From contig DASTMO010000033.1 of assembly GCA_035714115.1 (NCBI GenBank), forward strand, positions 29,451-93,450: a DNA stretch of 64,000 nucleotides, given 5' to 3'. Shown here in pieces: positions 55,374 to 64,000 of this stretch (positions are counted from its first letter, which is position 1; each line of letters starts with the position of its first letter). The translations under genes and the position numbers were made by a program. Source of the DNA: Alphaproteobacteria bacterium. Lineage in GTDB: Bacteria; Pseudomonadota; Alphaproteobacteria; SMXQ01. The notes under the pieces are model-generated. The model was given only the letters and a program-made list of their open reading frames with translations. It was not told the DNA's origin and made no database searches.

Positions 55374-55798
55374 TGAGCGACACGACCGTTGCGGAAAAGC
55401 CGCAGAAGCCGACGCCGCGTCCTTCGCCGGAATCCGTGCCCTATTGGGAGGCGGCAGGGCAGCACCAGTTGAAGGTGCAGAAGTGCAATGCTTGCGGCAT
55501 GCATTGGTTTCCGCCGTCGCAGCGTTGCCCCCATTGCACCGCCGCCGATTTTACCTGGGCCGAGGTGTCGGGGCGAGGCAAGGTCTTCAGCTTCGTGACC
55601 TTCCATCGCGTCTACCATCCGGCCTTCGAAGGCGAGGTGCCTTACGTGGTCGCGCTGGTGGAATTGGACGAAGGCCCGCGCATGCTGACGAACATCAAAG
55701 GCATCGCTCCTGAGAGCGTGCGCTGCGAGATGAAGGTCAAGGTCGTGTTCGACGATGTGGAGGCCGGCGTCGCCGTGCCCAAATTCGTTCCGGCCTGA
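55370..55798 (+). CDS. Zn-ribbon/OB-fold DUF35 protein (thiolase partner)
   Basis: 'KCNACGMHWFPPSQRCPHC' rubredoxin-like zinc ribbon followed by OB fold. Confidence 0.75.
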   Translation: MMSDTTVAEKPQKPTPRPSPESVPYWEAAGQHQLKVQKCNACGMHWFPPSQRCPHCTAADFTWAEVSGRGKVFSFVTFHRVYHPAFEGEVPYVVALVELDEGPRMLTNIKGIAPESVRCEMKVKVVFDDVEAGVAVPKFVPA

Positions 55799-55975
55799 CG
55801 AGCCGCTTCGCAAGCCGATCAAGGCGGAACCTGTCGACTGACAATCAGTCGCGAATCGCATTTGCCTTAATCGCGCCTAAGTGAAGCCATCAACGGAATT
55901 TCTAATTGCTGCTGTCGTTCCATTGGAACTCGTCGCCGGAACCCACCCTGCGACGCATGACAGGAGAGACAGAAA

Positions 55976-56685
55976 TGTCCGTTAAGAAGACCGCTGCGGC
56001 GCTCGCCGCGATTCCGCTTACTCTCGGCCTGCTGGCGCAGAGCGCGCTGGCCGATCCGCCGCACGGCAGAGGCCGCGGGCACGACAAGCATGATCGCGGC
56101 GACAACGTCACCATTATCGTTCCGGGTGCGCCGGTTTATGTGCAGCCCGCCCCGGTCATCGTGCAGCAGCCGGTCTATGTGCAGCGGGCGCCGGTGATCT
56201 ATCGCGCCGGCCCGCCGCCGTGGGCGCCGGCGCACGGCTATCGCCGCAAGGGCCAGCCGGTCTATGCCGCGCCCTACGGCATCGCTTCGGGCAGTTGCTA
56301 TCGCGAGCAGGTCGGTCAGGTGCTCGGCGGCGTCGCCGGCGCGGCCATCGGCTCGCAGATCGGCCAGGGCACTGGCAGGGTCGTCGCCGTCGCGGGCGGC
56401 GCGCTGCTCGGCGTGCTGGTCGGCGGCAGCATCGGCCAGAGCATGGACCGGCTTGATTACGCCTGCGCCGGTCAGGTGATGGAATATGCGCCGGACAACC
56501 GCACCATCGTCTGGAACAATCCGCAGACCGGCGGGCGCTATCAGATGACGCCGATCCGCGCCTATCAGGCGGACGGCCGCTATTGCCGCGAATACAGCTC
56601 CACCGCGAGCGTCGGTGGCCAGCGCCAGCAGGTCTACGGGACGGCTTGCCGCCAGCCGGACGGCTCGTGGCAGATCGTCAGCTAA
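55976..56685 (+). CDS. Secreted 17-kDa-surface-antigen-like protein (glycine-zipper + C-terminal surface-antigen domain)
   Basis: Signal peptide MSVKKTAAALAAIPLTLGLLAQSALA; QPV/APV repeats; 'GGVAGAAIGSQIGQGTGRVVAVAGGALLGVLVGGSIG' glycine zipper; C-terminal 'YCREY...CRQPDGSWQIV'. Confidence 0.6.
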
Positions 56686-56713
56686 AGAGCCGCAGCAGAA
56701 AAATTGCCTATTT

Positions 56714-56750
56714 GGGTTCCCTCGGCGAAAGCCGAGGGAACTCTTTCTGC
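56714..56750 (+). terminator. Rho-independent terminator after 17-kDa-antigen-like gene
   Basis: 'gggttccctcggcGAAAgccgagggaactctttctgc' 11-bp stem, GAAA loop, T-rich tail; 3' arm also contains GGAAC-N16-CGTT (56737-56761). Confidence 0.65.
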
Positions 56751-56935
56751 TGGCTGCCGTTCCATCCCTTCGAGAAGGAACTCAAAGCGGCCGCGCTGGC
56801 CAATTTGTCAAAAATATTCAGCAGTTAGACCGCGAGAGCGGGATGATTTTATGGCATGGCATCTGTGATCTTGGCATCCTGCTGCCGGCCGTAGCGCGTC
56901 TTCGGCCCTCGATCTTTTGGGAATAGGAACGTTTC

Positions 56936-57418
56936 ATGTCGCCTTGGGCGGGACGGGGGATCGCCTCCTTGCGTGTGTCGAGCTTATTGCTCGCGGCCGC
57001 GCTCGCCCTCTCGGCTTGCGAACTGATCGATCCACCGCCTCCGCCGCCGCCCGAGAAACCGCCGGTGCCGGCGCAAACGGCGCCTGCCGAAACGCCTGCG
57101 ACCCCAGCTCCGGCGCCCCGTTTGCCGCCCAGCCCGCCGCCGCCGCGACCGCAGTTCGATCTGCAGAGCCTGATCGGCATGGGCGAGCAGGATGTGGCCG
57201 CCGCGCTCGGCCAGCCGCGCCAGGTGCGCAACGATCCGCCCGCCATGGTCTGGGACTATCAAGCCAACGGCTGCGCGCTCAGCCTGTTCTTCTATCTCGA
57301 CCTGAAAAGCCAGGACTTCCGCACGCTCGCCTACAACTTCGACTCCGGGGGGGCGACGGATTCCGCCAAGCAGCTCTGTGTTAATCGAATCCAAGATCTC
57401 AACCGTGGCCGACGCTGA
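56936..57418 (+). CDS. Lipoprotein with Pro-rich linker, unknown function
   Basis: Lipobox 'ALSAC' after signal peptide; PPPPPPPEKPPVP... linker; 3' end overlaps response-regulator ORF. Confidence 0.55.
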   Translation: MSPWAGRGIASLRVSSLLLAAALALSACELIDPPPPPPPEKPPVPAQTAPAETPATPAPAPRLPPSPPPPRPQFDLQSLIGMGEQDVAAALGQPRQVRNDPPAMVWDYQANGCALSLFFYLDLKSQDFRTLAYNFDSGGATDSAKQLCVNRIQDLNRGRR

Positions 57419-58193
57419 TTCCGCACCGCAGCCTGCCGCCAGCGGCACCAAAGGCCATGTCGTCCTGATCGACGACGACGAGCTGTTCCGCGAATCGCTC
57501 GAGCAGAATCTGCGCGACAGCGGCTACGATGTGCTCGCCTTCGATCGCGGCGAGCCGGCGCTTGCTTATTTCCAGGACGGCAAGACGGCCGATCTCGTGC
57601 TGCTCGATTGGAAGATGCCGGAGATGAACGGCATCGAAGTGCTCCGCCGCTTGCGCCAGATCACCACCGAAATGCCGGTGATTTTCCTCACCGTGCTCAG
57701 CGACCAGATCTATGAAGAGGCGGCGCTGCTCTCCGGCGCGGTCGATTTCGTCGAAAAATCGCGCAGCTTCACGATCTTGCTCAAGCGCATGGCGCTCATC
57801 CTCGGCGGCGCCAAGGCCGGCGAACAAGCGGGCGCTGCCGCCGCCTCCGGGCCGGCTGCTGCCGACAAGAGCGGCAACGTCACGCTCGGCCTGCTGGAAT
57901 TGAGCATCGATTCGAGCCGCGCCTTCTGGCGCAAGACTCAGGTCGACCTCACGCTCACCGAATTCGAGATCGTCCGCTATATGGCCACCCATGCCGGCCA
58001 GGACGTGAAGTACCGCGAGATTTACGACATCGTCCACGGCAAGGGCTTCGTCGCCGGCGAAGGGCCGGAAGGCTTCCGCGCCAACGTGCGCACCTTCATC
58101 AAGCGTATCCGCCAGAAATTCCGCGCGGTCGACGCCGGCTTCGAGCAGATCGAGAACTATCCGGGCTTCGGCTACCGCTGGCGCGAAAGCTGA
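57378..58193 (+). CDS. OmpR-family two-component response regulator (start uncertain: ATG 57378 or GTG 57405)
   Basis: Receiver 'VVLIDDDELF...DLVLLDWKMPEMNGIEVL' then winged-helix 'LTLTEFEIVRYMATHAGQDVKYREI...GYRW'. Confidence 0.85.
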   Translation: MLIESKISTVADADSAPQPAASGTKGHVVLIDDDELFRESLEQNLRDSGYDVLAFDRGEPALAYFQDGKTADLVLLDWKMPEMNGIEVLRRLRQITTEMPVIFLTVLSDQIYEEAALLSGAVDFVEKSRSFTILLKRMALILGGAKAGEQAGAAAASGPAAADKSGNVTLGLLELSIDSSRAFWRKTQVDLTLTEFEIVRYMATHAGQDVKYREIYDIVHGKGFVAGEGPEGFRANVRTFIKRIRQKFRAVDAGFEQIENYPGFGYRWRES

Positions 58194-58200
58194 GGCGCCC

Positions 58201-59700
58201 ATGGACGCTTTATTGCGCCTCGCTTCGTCCATCGCCGGCAAACTCGCCCTCATTCTGGTCGTGTTCGTCGCCTGCCCGCTGATCATCTACAGCCAGTTCC
58301 GCGATGCCGACGAAGAAAAGAACGCGCTGCTGCTGCGCTCCGTACGCGAGCAGGGCCGCCTCGTCGCCCAGGCCTTGACCCCGCTGCTCACCTCCGCCGA
58401 TGCTGCCGCCCTGCCGAAATTGCGCCAGGGCGTCGAGAAGGTCGTCGACGGCCCGTTGAAGGTCCGCCTGCTGCTGCGGCCGCAGTCCGCTGAGCCGGAC
58501 AATTTCTTCTACATGGCGTCCGTGCCGCCGGTCGCTGCCGATCTCTTGCAGCGCGAGCGCAAGGAGCTGCTCGAGACGGGAATCCTTGAGCGCTTGCGCG
58601 GCAGCTGCGAGGGCGAAGGACCGCTGGCGCTGCGTTACACCAATCCGGCCGGCGAGCAGGAAGTGCTGAGCTCAGTGACGCCGATCAACACGGCGGTCGG
58701 CTGCTGGGCGGTGATCACGTCGCACACGACCGCCGATTTCCTCGGCTCCTCGCTCGGCCAGCCCTATTGGCGCACCACCGCCGTTCAATGGGCGGCGGCG
58801 ATCTATCTGATCATGGCCATGCTGGTCATTTCGCTCTTCCTCGGCATCTGGGGCAACCTGCGCCGCTTCGGCCGCATCGCGCGCGCCATCCGCCAGGACC
58901 GGCTGCGCGGCGCGTCCTTCGCCGCGCTCAATCAGGTGCCCGAGCTGCACGGCGTCGCCGTCGAGTTCGACCATATGGTCGGCACCCTGCAAGGCTCCGC
59001 CGCCGCCATCCGCAGCGCCGCCGAAGAGAACGCCCATGCGCTCAAGACGCCGATTGCGGTCATCTCGCAATCGCTTGAGCCGCTCAAGCGCGCCGTGCCG
59101 GAAGCCGATGCGCGCGGCCGCCGCGCGCTGCAGCTGATCGAGCGCTCCGTCGACAAGCTCGACGCGCTGGTGTCGGCGGCGCGCCGCATGGACGAAGCGA
59201 TCGCCGAACTGATCAATCCGCCGCGCGAGCCGGTCGATCTGTCGGCGCTGGTCGCCCGCCTGCTCACCGACTACGAAGAGAAGATGCGCGGCGACGGGTT
59301 GAAGCTCGATCAGCGCGTGCTGCCGGACATGCGCGTGGTGGGCAGCATCGATCTTCTGGAAACCGCCATCGAAAACATCGTCGAGAACGCCATCAGCTTC
59401 TCGCCGGCCAAGGGCGCCGTCACCGTTACTTTGGTGACCGAAGGCCAGGAGGCCGTCCTGACCGTGGCCGACGAAGGGCCGGGCGTCGATCCGCGCCATC
59501 TGGCGATGATTTTCGAGCGCTATTTCTCCCATCGTCCGGCGCGCGACCCCCTGGGACCGGGCGTGGAGGGCGAAACCCATTTCGGCATCGGCCTGTGGAT
59601 CGTCCGGCGCAACATCGAAGCGCTCGACGGCAGCGTGACGGCGCTCAACCGGCCGCAAGGCGGCCTAGCCATCACCATTCGTCTGCCTTTAGCAAAATAA
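58201..59700 (+). CDS. Sensor histidine kinase with periplasmic sensing domain
   Basis: Two TM helices flanking ~170-aa periplasmic domain; H-box 'AHALKTPIAVI', N/G-box 'ENAISFSP...ADEGPGVD...GIGLWIV'. Confidence 0.85.
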   Translation: MDALLRLASSIAGKLALILVVFVACPLIIYSQFRDADEEKNALLLRSVREQGRLVAQALTPLLTSADAAALPKLRQGVEKVVDGPLKVRLLLRPQSAEPDNFFYMASVPPVAADLLQRERKELLETGILERLRGSCEGEGPLALRYTNPAGEQEVLSSVTPINTAVGCWAVITSHTTADFLGSSLGQPYWRTTAVQWAAAIYLIMAMLVISLFLGIWGNLRRFGRIARAIRQDRLRGASFAALNQVPELHGVAVEFDHMVGTLQGSAAAIRSAAEENAHALKTPIAVISQSLEPLKRAVPEADARGRRALQLIERSVDKLDALVSAARRMDEAIAELINPPREPVDLSALVARLLTDYEEKMRGDGLKLDQRVLPDMRVVGSIDLLETAIENIVENAISFSPAKGAVTVTLVTEGQEAVLTVADEGPGVDPRHLAMIFERYFSHRPARDPLGPGVEGETHFGIGLWIVRRNIEALDGSVTALNRPQGGLAITIRLPLAK

Positions 59701-59801
59701 TATTAAAAATCAATGTGTTGGATGTGGCTGGCGGTGTGGCGGCCTGTCACAACTTTGCCCCAACCTTGCCGCAAGACCGGCCAATTGGGCTCGCATAGTT
59801 T

Positions 59802-60347
59802 GTGAACGCCGGGGTCTCGAGTTCCGGCTTGTTTGAGAGCCACAAAGCAGAACCGAGTCAGATGCCGACAGTTCAAACCCTGCCAGCGATCGACCCCGGC
59901 CTAACGATTTCCGTCGCCCAGCCTTTCTTGCAAGGCGAGGACTATCTGCAGCAGATCGAGCGCAGCATCGCTCTGCTGGCCGGCCAGCATTCTCTGCGCA
60001 TCTCTCTTTTCCGTCTCGAATTCGTCGGCATCGCCGCGCATGAACTCGGCGCGCGGGCCCGCCAGTCGCTGGCCGGTCTCGGCCTGATCGGCGCCTTGCC
60101 CGATGGCAGCCTCGGGCTGCTGTACATAGGCGCGCGCCCCTCGGGTCAGGAAGACCTGTCGGTCGAGCGCGTCGTCGCCGAAAAGGTCAACCTCGCCCTG
60201 GCGCTCGTCGCGCCGTCCGGCGCGCGGCTTCAGTCGGTCACCGCGGCCCATCGCTGGGCCGACGAAATCGCCGATGCGGAGGATCTCATCGACGAGGCTT
60301 TGTTCATCGTCAAGACCTGCGGCTATCAGCTGCGTCGGGTGTCGTGA
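59802..60347 (+). CDS. Hypothetical protein (start uncertain; alt. ATG 59862)
   Basis: ORF whose stop overlaps (ATGA) the start of the downstream glucosaminidase gene; no motif recognised. Confidence 0.45.
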   Translation: MNAGVSSSGLFESHKAEPSQMPTVQTLPAIDPGLTISVAQPFLQGEDYLQQIERSIALLAGQHSLRISLFRLEFVGIAAHELGARARQSLAGLGLIGALPDGSLGLLYIGARPSGQEDLSVERVVAEKVNLALALVAPSGARLQSVTAAHRWADEIADAEDLIDEALFIVKTCGYQLRRVS

Positions 60348-61276
60348 TGGCACTTAACCGCGATTTCCTGATGCGCGCCGGGATGGCGGCGATGATCGCC
60401 GCCGCGACGGGCGTCGCTGCCTGGCAGGAACGCGCTTCGGGTGATCGCGTGCTGCGCGGAGAGGTCTCGGCGGCCTGGCTCGCTGATTATCACCGCGAAC
60501 TCGGTTACAGCCTCGACGATGTGCGCAAGGCCGGCCAACCTGTGCCGCGCGTGATGCTGGCCGAACTGCCGGTCGATCTCGCCAAGGTCGAGCCGACGCC
60601 GCTGCGCAAACGCCTGTTCATCGAAGGGCTGCTGCCGGTCGTGCTCGGCGTCAACGAGCGCATCGCGGACGACCGCGCCCGTTTGGCGTCTCTGCTTGCC
60701 AGGCAGACTGGCGGCGAAGCGCTCAGCATGCGTGAGCAAATCTGGCTTGCCGACATGGCTGCCCGCTACGGCAGCGAAGACACCGCTGAGCTGCTGCGCC
60801 GCGTCGACGTGGTGCCGGTCTCGCTCGCCATCGCCCAGGCGGCGATCGAGAGCGGTTGGGGCTCTTCGCGCTTCGCTCAGGAAGGCAATGCGCTCTTCGG
60901 CCAGCGCGTTTATGGCGCAAACAGGACTGGAAGCGGCATGCAGCCCGCCGGCCTGACCGGCGCCGACTTCGGCGTGCGCGGTTTCGAGACCTTGAGCGAT
61001 GCGGTCGCCGCCTATGCCGATAATCTCAACAGCTTTCCGGCCTACGACGGCTTGCGCGCCGTGCGCGCCGGCTTGCGCGCTCAGGGCCGCGCCCCCGATG
61101 GCCTGACGCTTGCCGGCAGCCTGTTGCGCTATTCCGAACTCGGCGGCCATTACGTCAGTCAGGTGCGCGATTTGATCCGCGCCAACAATCTTGCAGCCTT
61201 GGACAAGGCGCGCCTCGTCGGCGCGCCGGATGATGAGCCGGCGTTAGATCGGCAGTCGGAGCGTAAGGACATTTAG
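60344..61276 (+). CDS. Glucosaminidase-domain protein (Bax/FlgJ-C-like peptidoglycan hydrolase), membrane-anchored
   Basis: N-terminal TM; 'PVSLAIAQAAIESGWGSSRFAQEGNALFGQ' is the mannosyl-glycoprotein endo-beta-N-acetylglucosaminidase-like motif. Confidence 0.7.
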   Translation: MMALNRDFLMRAGMAAMIAAATGVAAWQERASGDRVLRGEVSAAWLADYHRELGYSLDDVRKAGQPVPRVMLAELPVDLAKVEPTPLRKRLFIEGLLPVVLGVNERIADDRARLASLLARQTGGEALSMREQIWLADMAARYGSEDTAELLRRVDVVPVSLAIAQAAIESGWGSSRFAQEGNALFGQRVYGANRTGSGMQPAGLTGADFGVRGFETLSDAVAAYADNLNSFPAYDGLRAVRAGLRAQGRAPDGLTLAGSLLRYSELGGHYVSQVRDLIRANNLAALDKARLVGAPDDEPALDRQSERKDI

Positions 61277-61278
61277 CG

Positions 61279-61734
61279 ATGCGTGCGTTCTGGGAACGTG
61301 ATTTGGCTTGGCAACAGGCGCTTGCGGCTTCGGCTGGCGCGCTCGTGATTGCAGTCGGGGTCGCTTGGGCCAGCGATCAGTTGAACGGCGGCGGCATGTC
61401 CGCGCCGGCGGCTGATCAGCAGTTCTCCTCGCGCCAGACCGCGTTCGAGCAGATGACGCCGGGAAACCGTTTGATCGCCGAAGCCTTGTTCGCGGCGCAG
61501 ATGCCCGATGACGGTGCGCGCCGCAGCTGGCCCTTGACCCGCATCGCCACCGAGCGCGTCGCAGGACAAAGCTGGGGCGATGTGTTTCAGGAGATGAAGA
61601 GCGAGAATCTGTTGCGTGCCGACACGCTCGGGCAGGTCGTCACTTGGTATCAATACAATTATTTGAAGCCCGAGCCTTATGCTGGCCGCGCTTCGATCGC
61701 GACGACGCCGGTGAGCGAAGAATACGGGAACTAG
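61279..61734 (+). CDS. Hypothetical membrane-anchored protein
   Basis: 151 aa, one TM helix 'ALAASAGALVIAVGVAWA'; 2 nt after upstream stop. Confidence 0.5.
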   Translation: MRAFWERDLAWQQALAASAGALVIAVGVAWASDQLNGGGMSAPAADQQFSSRQTAFEQMTPGNRLIAEALFAAQMPDDGARRSWPLTRIATERVAGQSWGDVFQEMKSENLLRADTLGQVVTWYQYNYLKPEPYAGRASIATTPVSEEYGN

Positions 61735-61800
61735 GCCTTAGGGCCGGCGTTCTAAAAAGCAGTAAGCGTAGCCTTGAGCAGAGATTGAAGGAGCCAAAAA

Positions 61801-62028
61801 ATGACCACGTTGAAAAAGATCGGTGCTGTTTCTCTGATGCTGTTCGGCCTCGCGGCCTGCTCGAACATGAACGACTCGCAGCAGCGTACGTTGTCGGGCG
61901 GCGCCATCGGCGCGGCCGGCGGCGCGGTTGTCGGCGCATTGACGGGTAGCTGGGTGACCGGCGCATTGATCGGTGGCGCGGGCGGTGCCGCGGTCGGCGC
62001 CATCACCAGCGAGAACAACAAGAAGTAA
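61801..62028 (+). CDS. Glycine-zipper small lipoprotein (OsmB/YMGG-like)
   Basis: Lipobox 'LAAC', then 'GGAIGAAGGAVVGALTGSWVTGALIGGAGGAAVGAI'. Confidence 0.7.
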   Translation: MTTLKKIGAVSLMLFGLAACSNMNDSQQRTLSGGAIGAAGGAVVGALTGSWVTGALIGGAGGAAVGAITSENNKK

Positions 62029-62030
62029 GC

Positions 62031-62340
62031 GTTCAGGAATGCTTCGTCGGCTGGCCCCCCGGCGGCTTACGAAGCAGGGCGCAGGTGTCGCGACGGGCAT
62101 CTGCGCCTCTTAATCAGCGGCAGCGCAGCCGCTTCAGGAAACTCCGTCGGCTGGCCCCCCGGCGGCCTACGGAGTGGGCGCGGATGTCGCGACGGGCATC
62201 CGCGCCTATAAATTCCACGCTGCATCCTGGTGGTGCAGGCGCGGCCAGAGACTTCATCGATTGGCCCCCCGGCGGTCGATGAAGTGAGGAGCGGGTGTCG
62301 CGACGGGCATCCGCTCCTTTTATTTTGGCTCATGCCGATT
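62031..62340 (+). repeat. Three tandem ~100-110-nt structured repeat units (two hairpins each; conserved loops, covarying stems); unit 3 ends in a terminator-like hairpin+T-run
   Basis: Units at ~62031-62132, 62133-62250, 62251-62340. Hairpin 1 stems gcttcgt/acgaagc, actccgt/acggagt, cttcatcga/tcgatgaag around conserved 'tggccccccggcgg'. Hairpin 2 stems ggcgcag/ctgcgcc, ggcgcgga/tccgcgcc, aggagcgg/ccgctcct around conserved 'gtgtcgcgacgggcat'. Units 1 and 2 both start with 'ttcaggaa'. Confidence 0.7.
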
Positions 62341-62385
62341 TTGTCCCCGCTATTCTCCACAGGCCATGCGCGAGATCATGCGTGC

Positions 62386-62859
62386 TCAGTAGGCGCGGAC
62401 GCGTCGTCTGCCCCAGTGCAGTGGCGCTGTCGCTATACCGTAAACGAGCCAGCCGAGGGCCATACCGACGAGCGCGCTGATCAGGCTCGCCGTGTCGAGT
62501 GGCAGAGCGGGCTGGAAATTCGCCCAGGCGGCTTTGGCGATGGCGCCGTCGATGTCGCGCAGCAGCGCGAGCGGCCGCCACAACGGGTCGGCGGTCATGA
62601 TGGCGTCATAAGCGCGCGACAATTCGCCGACGCGTCGTTCGGCGGCGGATACGAGAGCGGCTTGCATGTCGAGCGGCAGCGGGCCGGCATAATCGCCGGC
62701 GCGAATCTTTTCCAGCGTCAGGCGCGCTTCGTCGATATGGCCGCCGAGACGCTGCAGATAGGCGGCGCTGAAAGCTTGGGCCTGCGATGCGGCAAGGCCG
62801 GCGGTCGCAGCGACGCAGGTGCCGGCGAGCGAATCGAACTTGCGCAACAGCCAGGACAT
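62386..62859 (-). CDS. Hypothetical protein (possibly DUF2937-like)
   Basis: Start re-set to MSWLLRKFDSL preceded by GGGAGGAA RBS; C-terminal hydrophobic segment. Confidence 0.55.
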   Translation of the reverse strand: MSWLLRKFDSLAGTCVAATAGLAASQAQAFSAAYLQRLGGHIDEARLTLEKIRAGDYAGPLPLDMQAALVSAAERRVGELSRAYDAIMTADPLWRPLALLRDIDGAIAKAAWANFQPALPLDTASLISALVGMALGWLVYGIATAPLHWGRRRVRAY

Positions 62860-62975
62860 TCCATTCCTCCCAGGTGGCGGGGTTCCAGGGATTGTGGCAC
62901 TTTGTCCCCAGGAGCACTTCAAGAAATGAACGCCGCAAAGATGGCGTCAGCAGGGCATCGGGCGAGCAGGGCGAG

Positions 62976-63800
62976 ATGACGGTCGACTTGAAAGGCCGCG
63001 TGGCGGTTGTGACGGGGGCGAGCCGTGGGCTTGGCCGGGCCATGGCCATGGGGTTGGCCGAAGCGAACGGCCGCGTCGTGCTGGCCGCGCGTGAGAGCGA
63101 GGATTTGCGCGCTGCCGCCGCGGAGATCGCCGCGCGTGCCGGCGCCGATCGTGTGCTTGCCGTTGCCGCTGACATCACCGATCAGGCCGATTGCCAGCGC
63201 GTCGTCTCCGAAACGCTCGCCCGCTTCGGCGAGCTCGACGTGCTGATCAACAACGCGCGCCGCCCGCACCGTGGGCCTGGCCTGCCGTCGGACGATCATT
63301 CGGTGCCGTTCTGGCAGTTCGATCCGGAGGTCTGGATGGATATCATGCGCGTCAATGTCGGCGGGCCGTTCATGCTCGCCCGCGCCGTCGTACCGCATCT
63401 CATCCACAAGGGCTGGGGCCGCATCATCAATCTTTCGACCAACATCGACACCATGCAGCGTCCGCACAACTCGCCTTACGGCGTCAGCAAGGCGGCGGTG
63501 GAAGCGGCGACACTGATCTGGGCGGGCGACTTGAAAGAGACCGGCGTGACGGTCAATACAATCCTGCCGGGCGGCGCTTGCGCCACCGAACTGTTGCGTC
63601 TGGCCGAAGCCAACGGGCGCAGCGGTAAATTGCTGCCGGTCGATGTGATGAACCCCCTGGCCGTCTGGCTGGCCTCCGACCTGTCGGACGGCAAGAGCGG
63701 CGGGCGCTATGTCGCGCGCTTCTGGGATGCCTCGCTGCCGGCGGACCAGGCGGCGGCGCGTTGCCTGGAAGCGCCGGTGCTGCGCGCGCCGATCCGTTAA
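62976..63800 (+). CDS. Short-chain dehydrogenase/reductase (SDR) family oxidoreductase
   Basis: Start re-set to MTVDLKGRVAVVTGASRGLGRAMA (TGxxxGxG); 'NNAR', 'YGVSKAAVE' (YxxxK). Confidence 0.85.
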   Translation: MTVDLKGRVAVVTGASRGLGRAMAMGLAEANGRVVLAARESEDLRAAAAEIAARAGADRVLAVAADITDQADCQRVVSETLARFGELDVLINNARRPHRGPGLPSDDHSVPFWQFDPEVWMDIMRVNVGGPFMLARAVVPHLIHKGWGRIINLSTNIDTMQRPHNSPYGVSKAAVEAATLIWAGDLKETGVTVNTILPGGACATELLRLAEANGRSGKLLPVDVMNPLAVWLASDLSDGKSGGRYVARFWDASLPADQAAARCLEAPVLRAPIR

Positions 63801-63810
63801 GAGAGTTGTG

Positions 63811-64000
63811 ATGAAAATCGACTGCGAGACTTATTATTGGCCGATCGACTTTCTCGATCGCGTCGATCACCCGGGCAAGGGCCGCATCGAGCGCGAGGAC
63901 GAAACGACCGTCAGCTTCTATCGCGACGGCGAGATGATCCAGCGCTTCAAGAACACGCGCTGGGATCTGGCTTTGCGCAAGCAGGCGATGGACGCGGCGG
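63811..64000 (+). CDS. Hypothetical protein, 3'-truncated at window end
   Basis: ATG at 63811, 11 nt after SDR stop; open to window edge. Confidence 0.35.
   Translation, partial: MKIDCETYYWPIDFLDRVDHPGKGRIEREDETTVSFYRDGEMIQRFKNTRWDLALRKQAMDAA

Noticed and set aside
62031-62340. CRISPR array or integron attC sites as explanation for the tandem repeats
   Set aside because: Units are ~100 nt with two separate conserved blocks rather than 28-37-nt identical repeats with spacers. There are no GTTRRRY/RYYYAAC cores, no cas or intI genes.

Overview
This is a 64-kb, high-GC (about 65% by eye) chromosomal segment, almost certainly alphaproteobacterial (Rhizobiales-like gene order). It is dense in housekeeping genes. 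I found no transposase, integrase, CRISPR array or prophage.

Recognisable genes, in order:
- aroQ
- two adjacent TctC/Bug-type periplasmic binding proteins, with a third paralog at about 16 kb
- a fused hydantoinase A/B (5-oxoprolinase-like) gene
- an AsmA-family protein
- fumC, with a TfoX-like and an RHH gene
- a class I fumarase
- sspB and thyX
- apbC/mrp, hflK-hflC and degP
- serB and miaA
- ilvIH-ilvC
- mreBCD-mrdA-rodA
- tRNA-Lys(CTT)
- a general-stress-type cluster: bicupin, 2OG oxygenase, DUF1330, YeaQ, BON, DM13, holin-like, DUF883
- an enolase-superfamily enzyme with an ABC importer
- CaiB-family CoA transferase, SCP2-type thiolase and DUF35 protein
- a 17-kDa-antigen-like protein
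- an OmpR-type two-component system
- a Bax-like glucosaminidase operon
- an SDR oxidoreductase

The most unusual items:
1. A sharply AT-rich (roughly 40-45% GC) 1.35-kb single-gene insertion at 22676..24025, between the convergent thyX and apbC genes. It encodes a 422-aa protein with no recognisable domain; I could not assign a function.
2. Three tandem ~100-nt two-hairpin repeat units at 62031..62340. Their loop sequences are conserved and their stems co-vary; the last unit ends in a terminator-like T-run.
3. A secreted DM9-repeat plus coiled-coil protein at 8762..9811, followed by a strong terminator.
4. GGAAC-N16/17-CGTT (EcfG-type) promoter motifs upstream of the stress genes.
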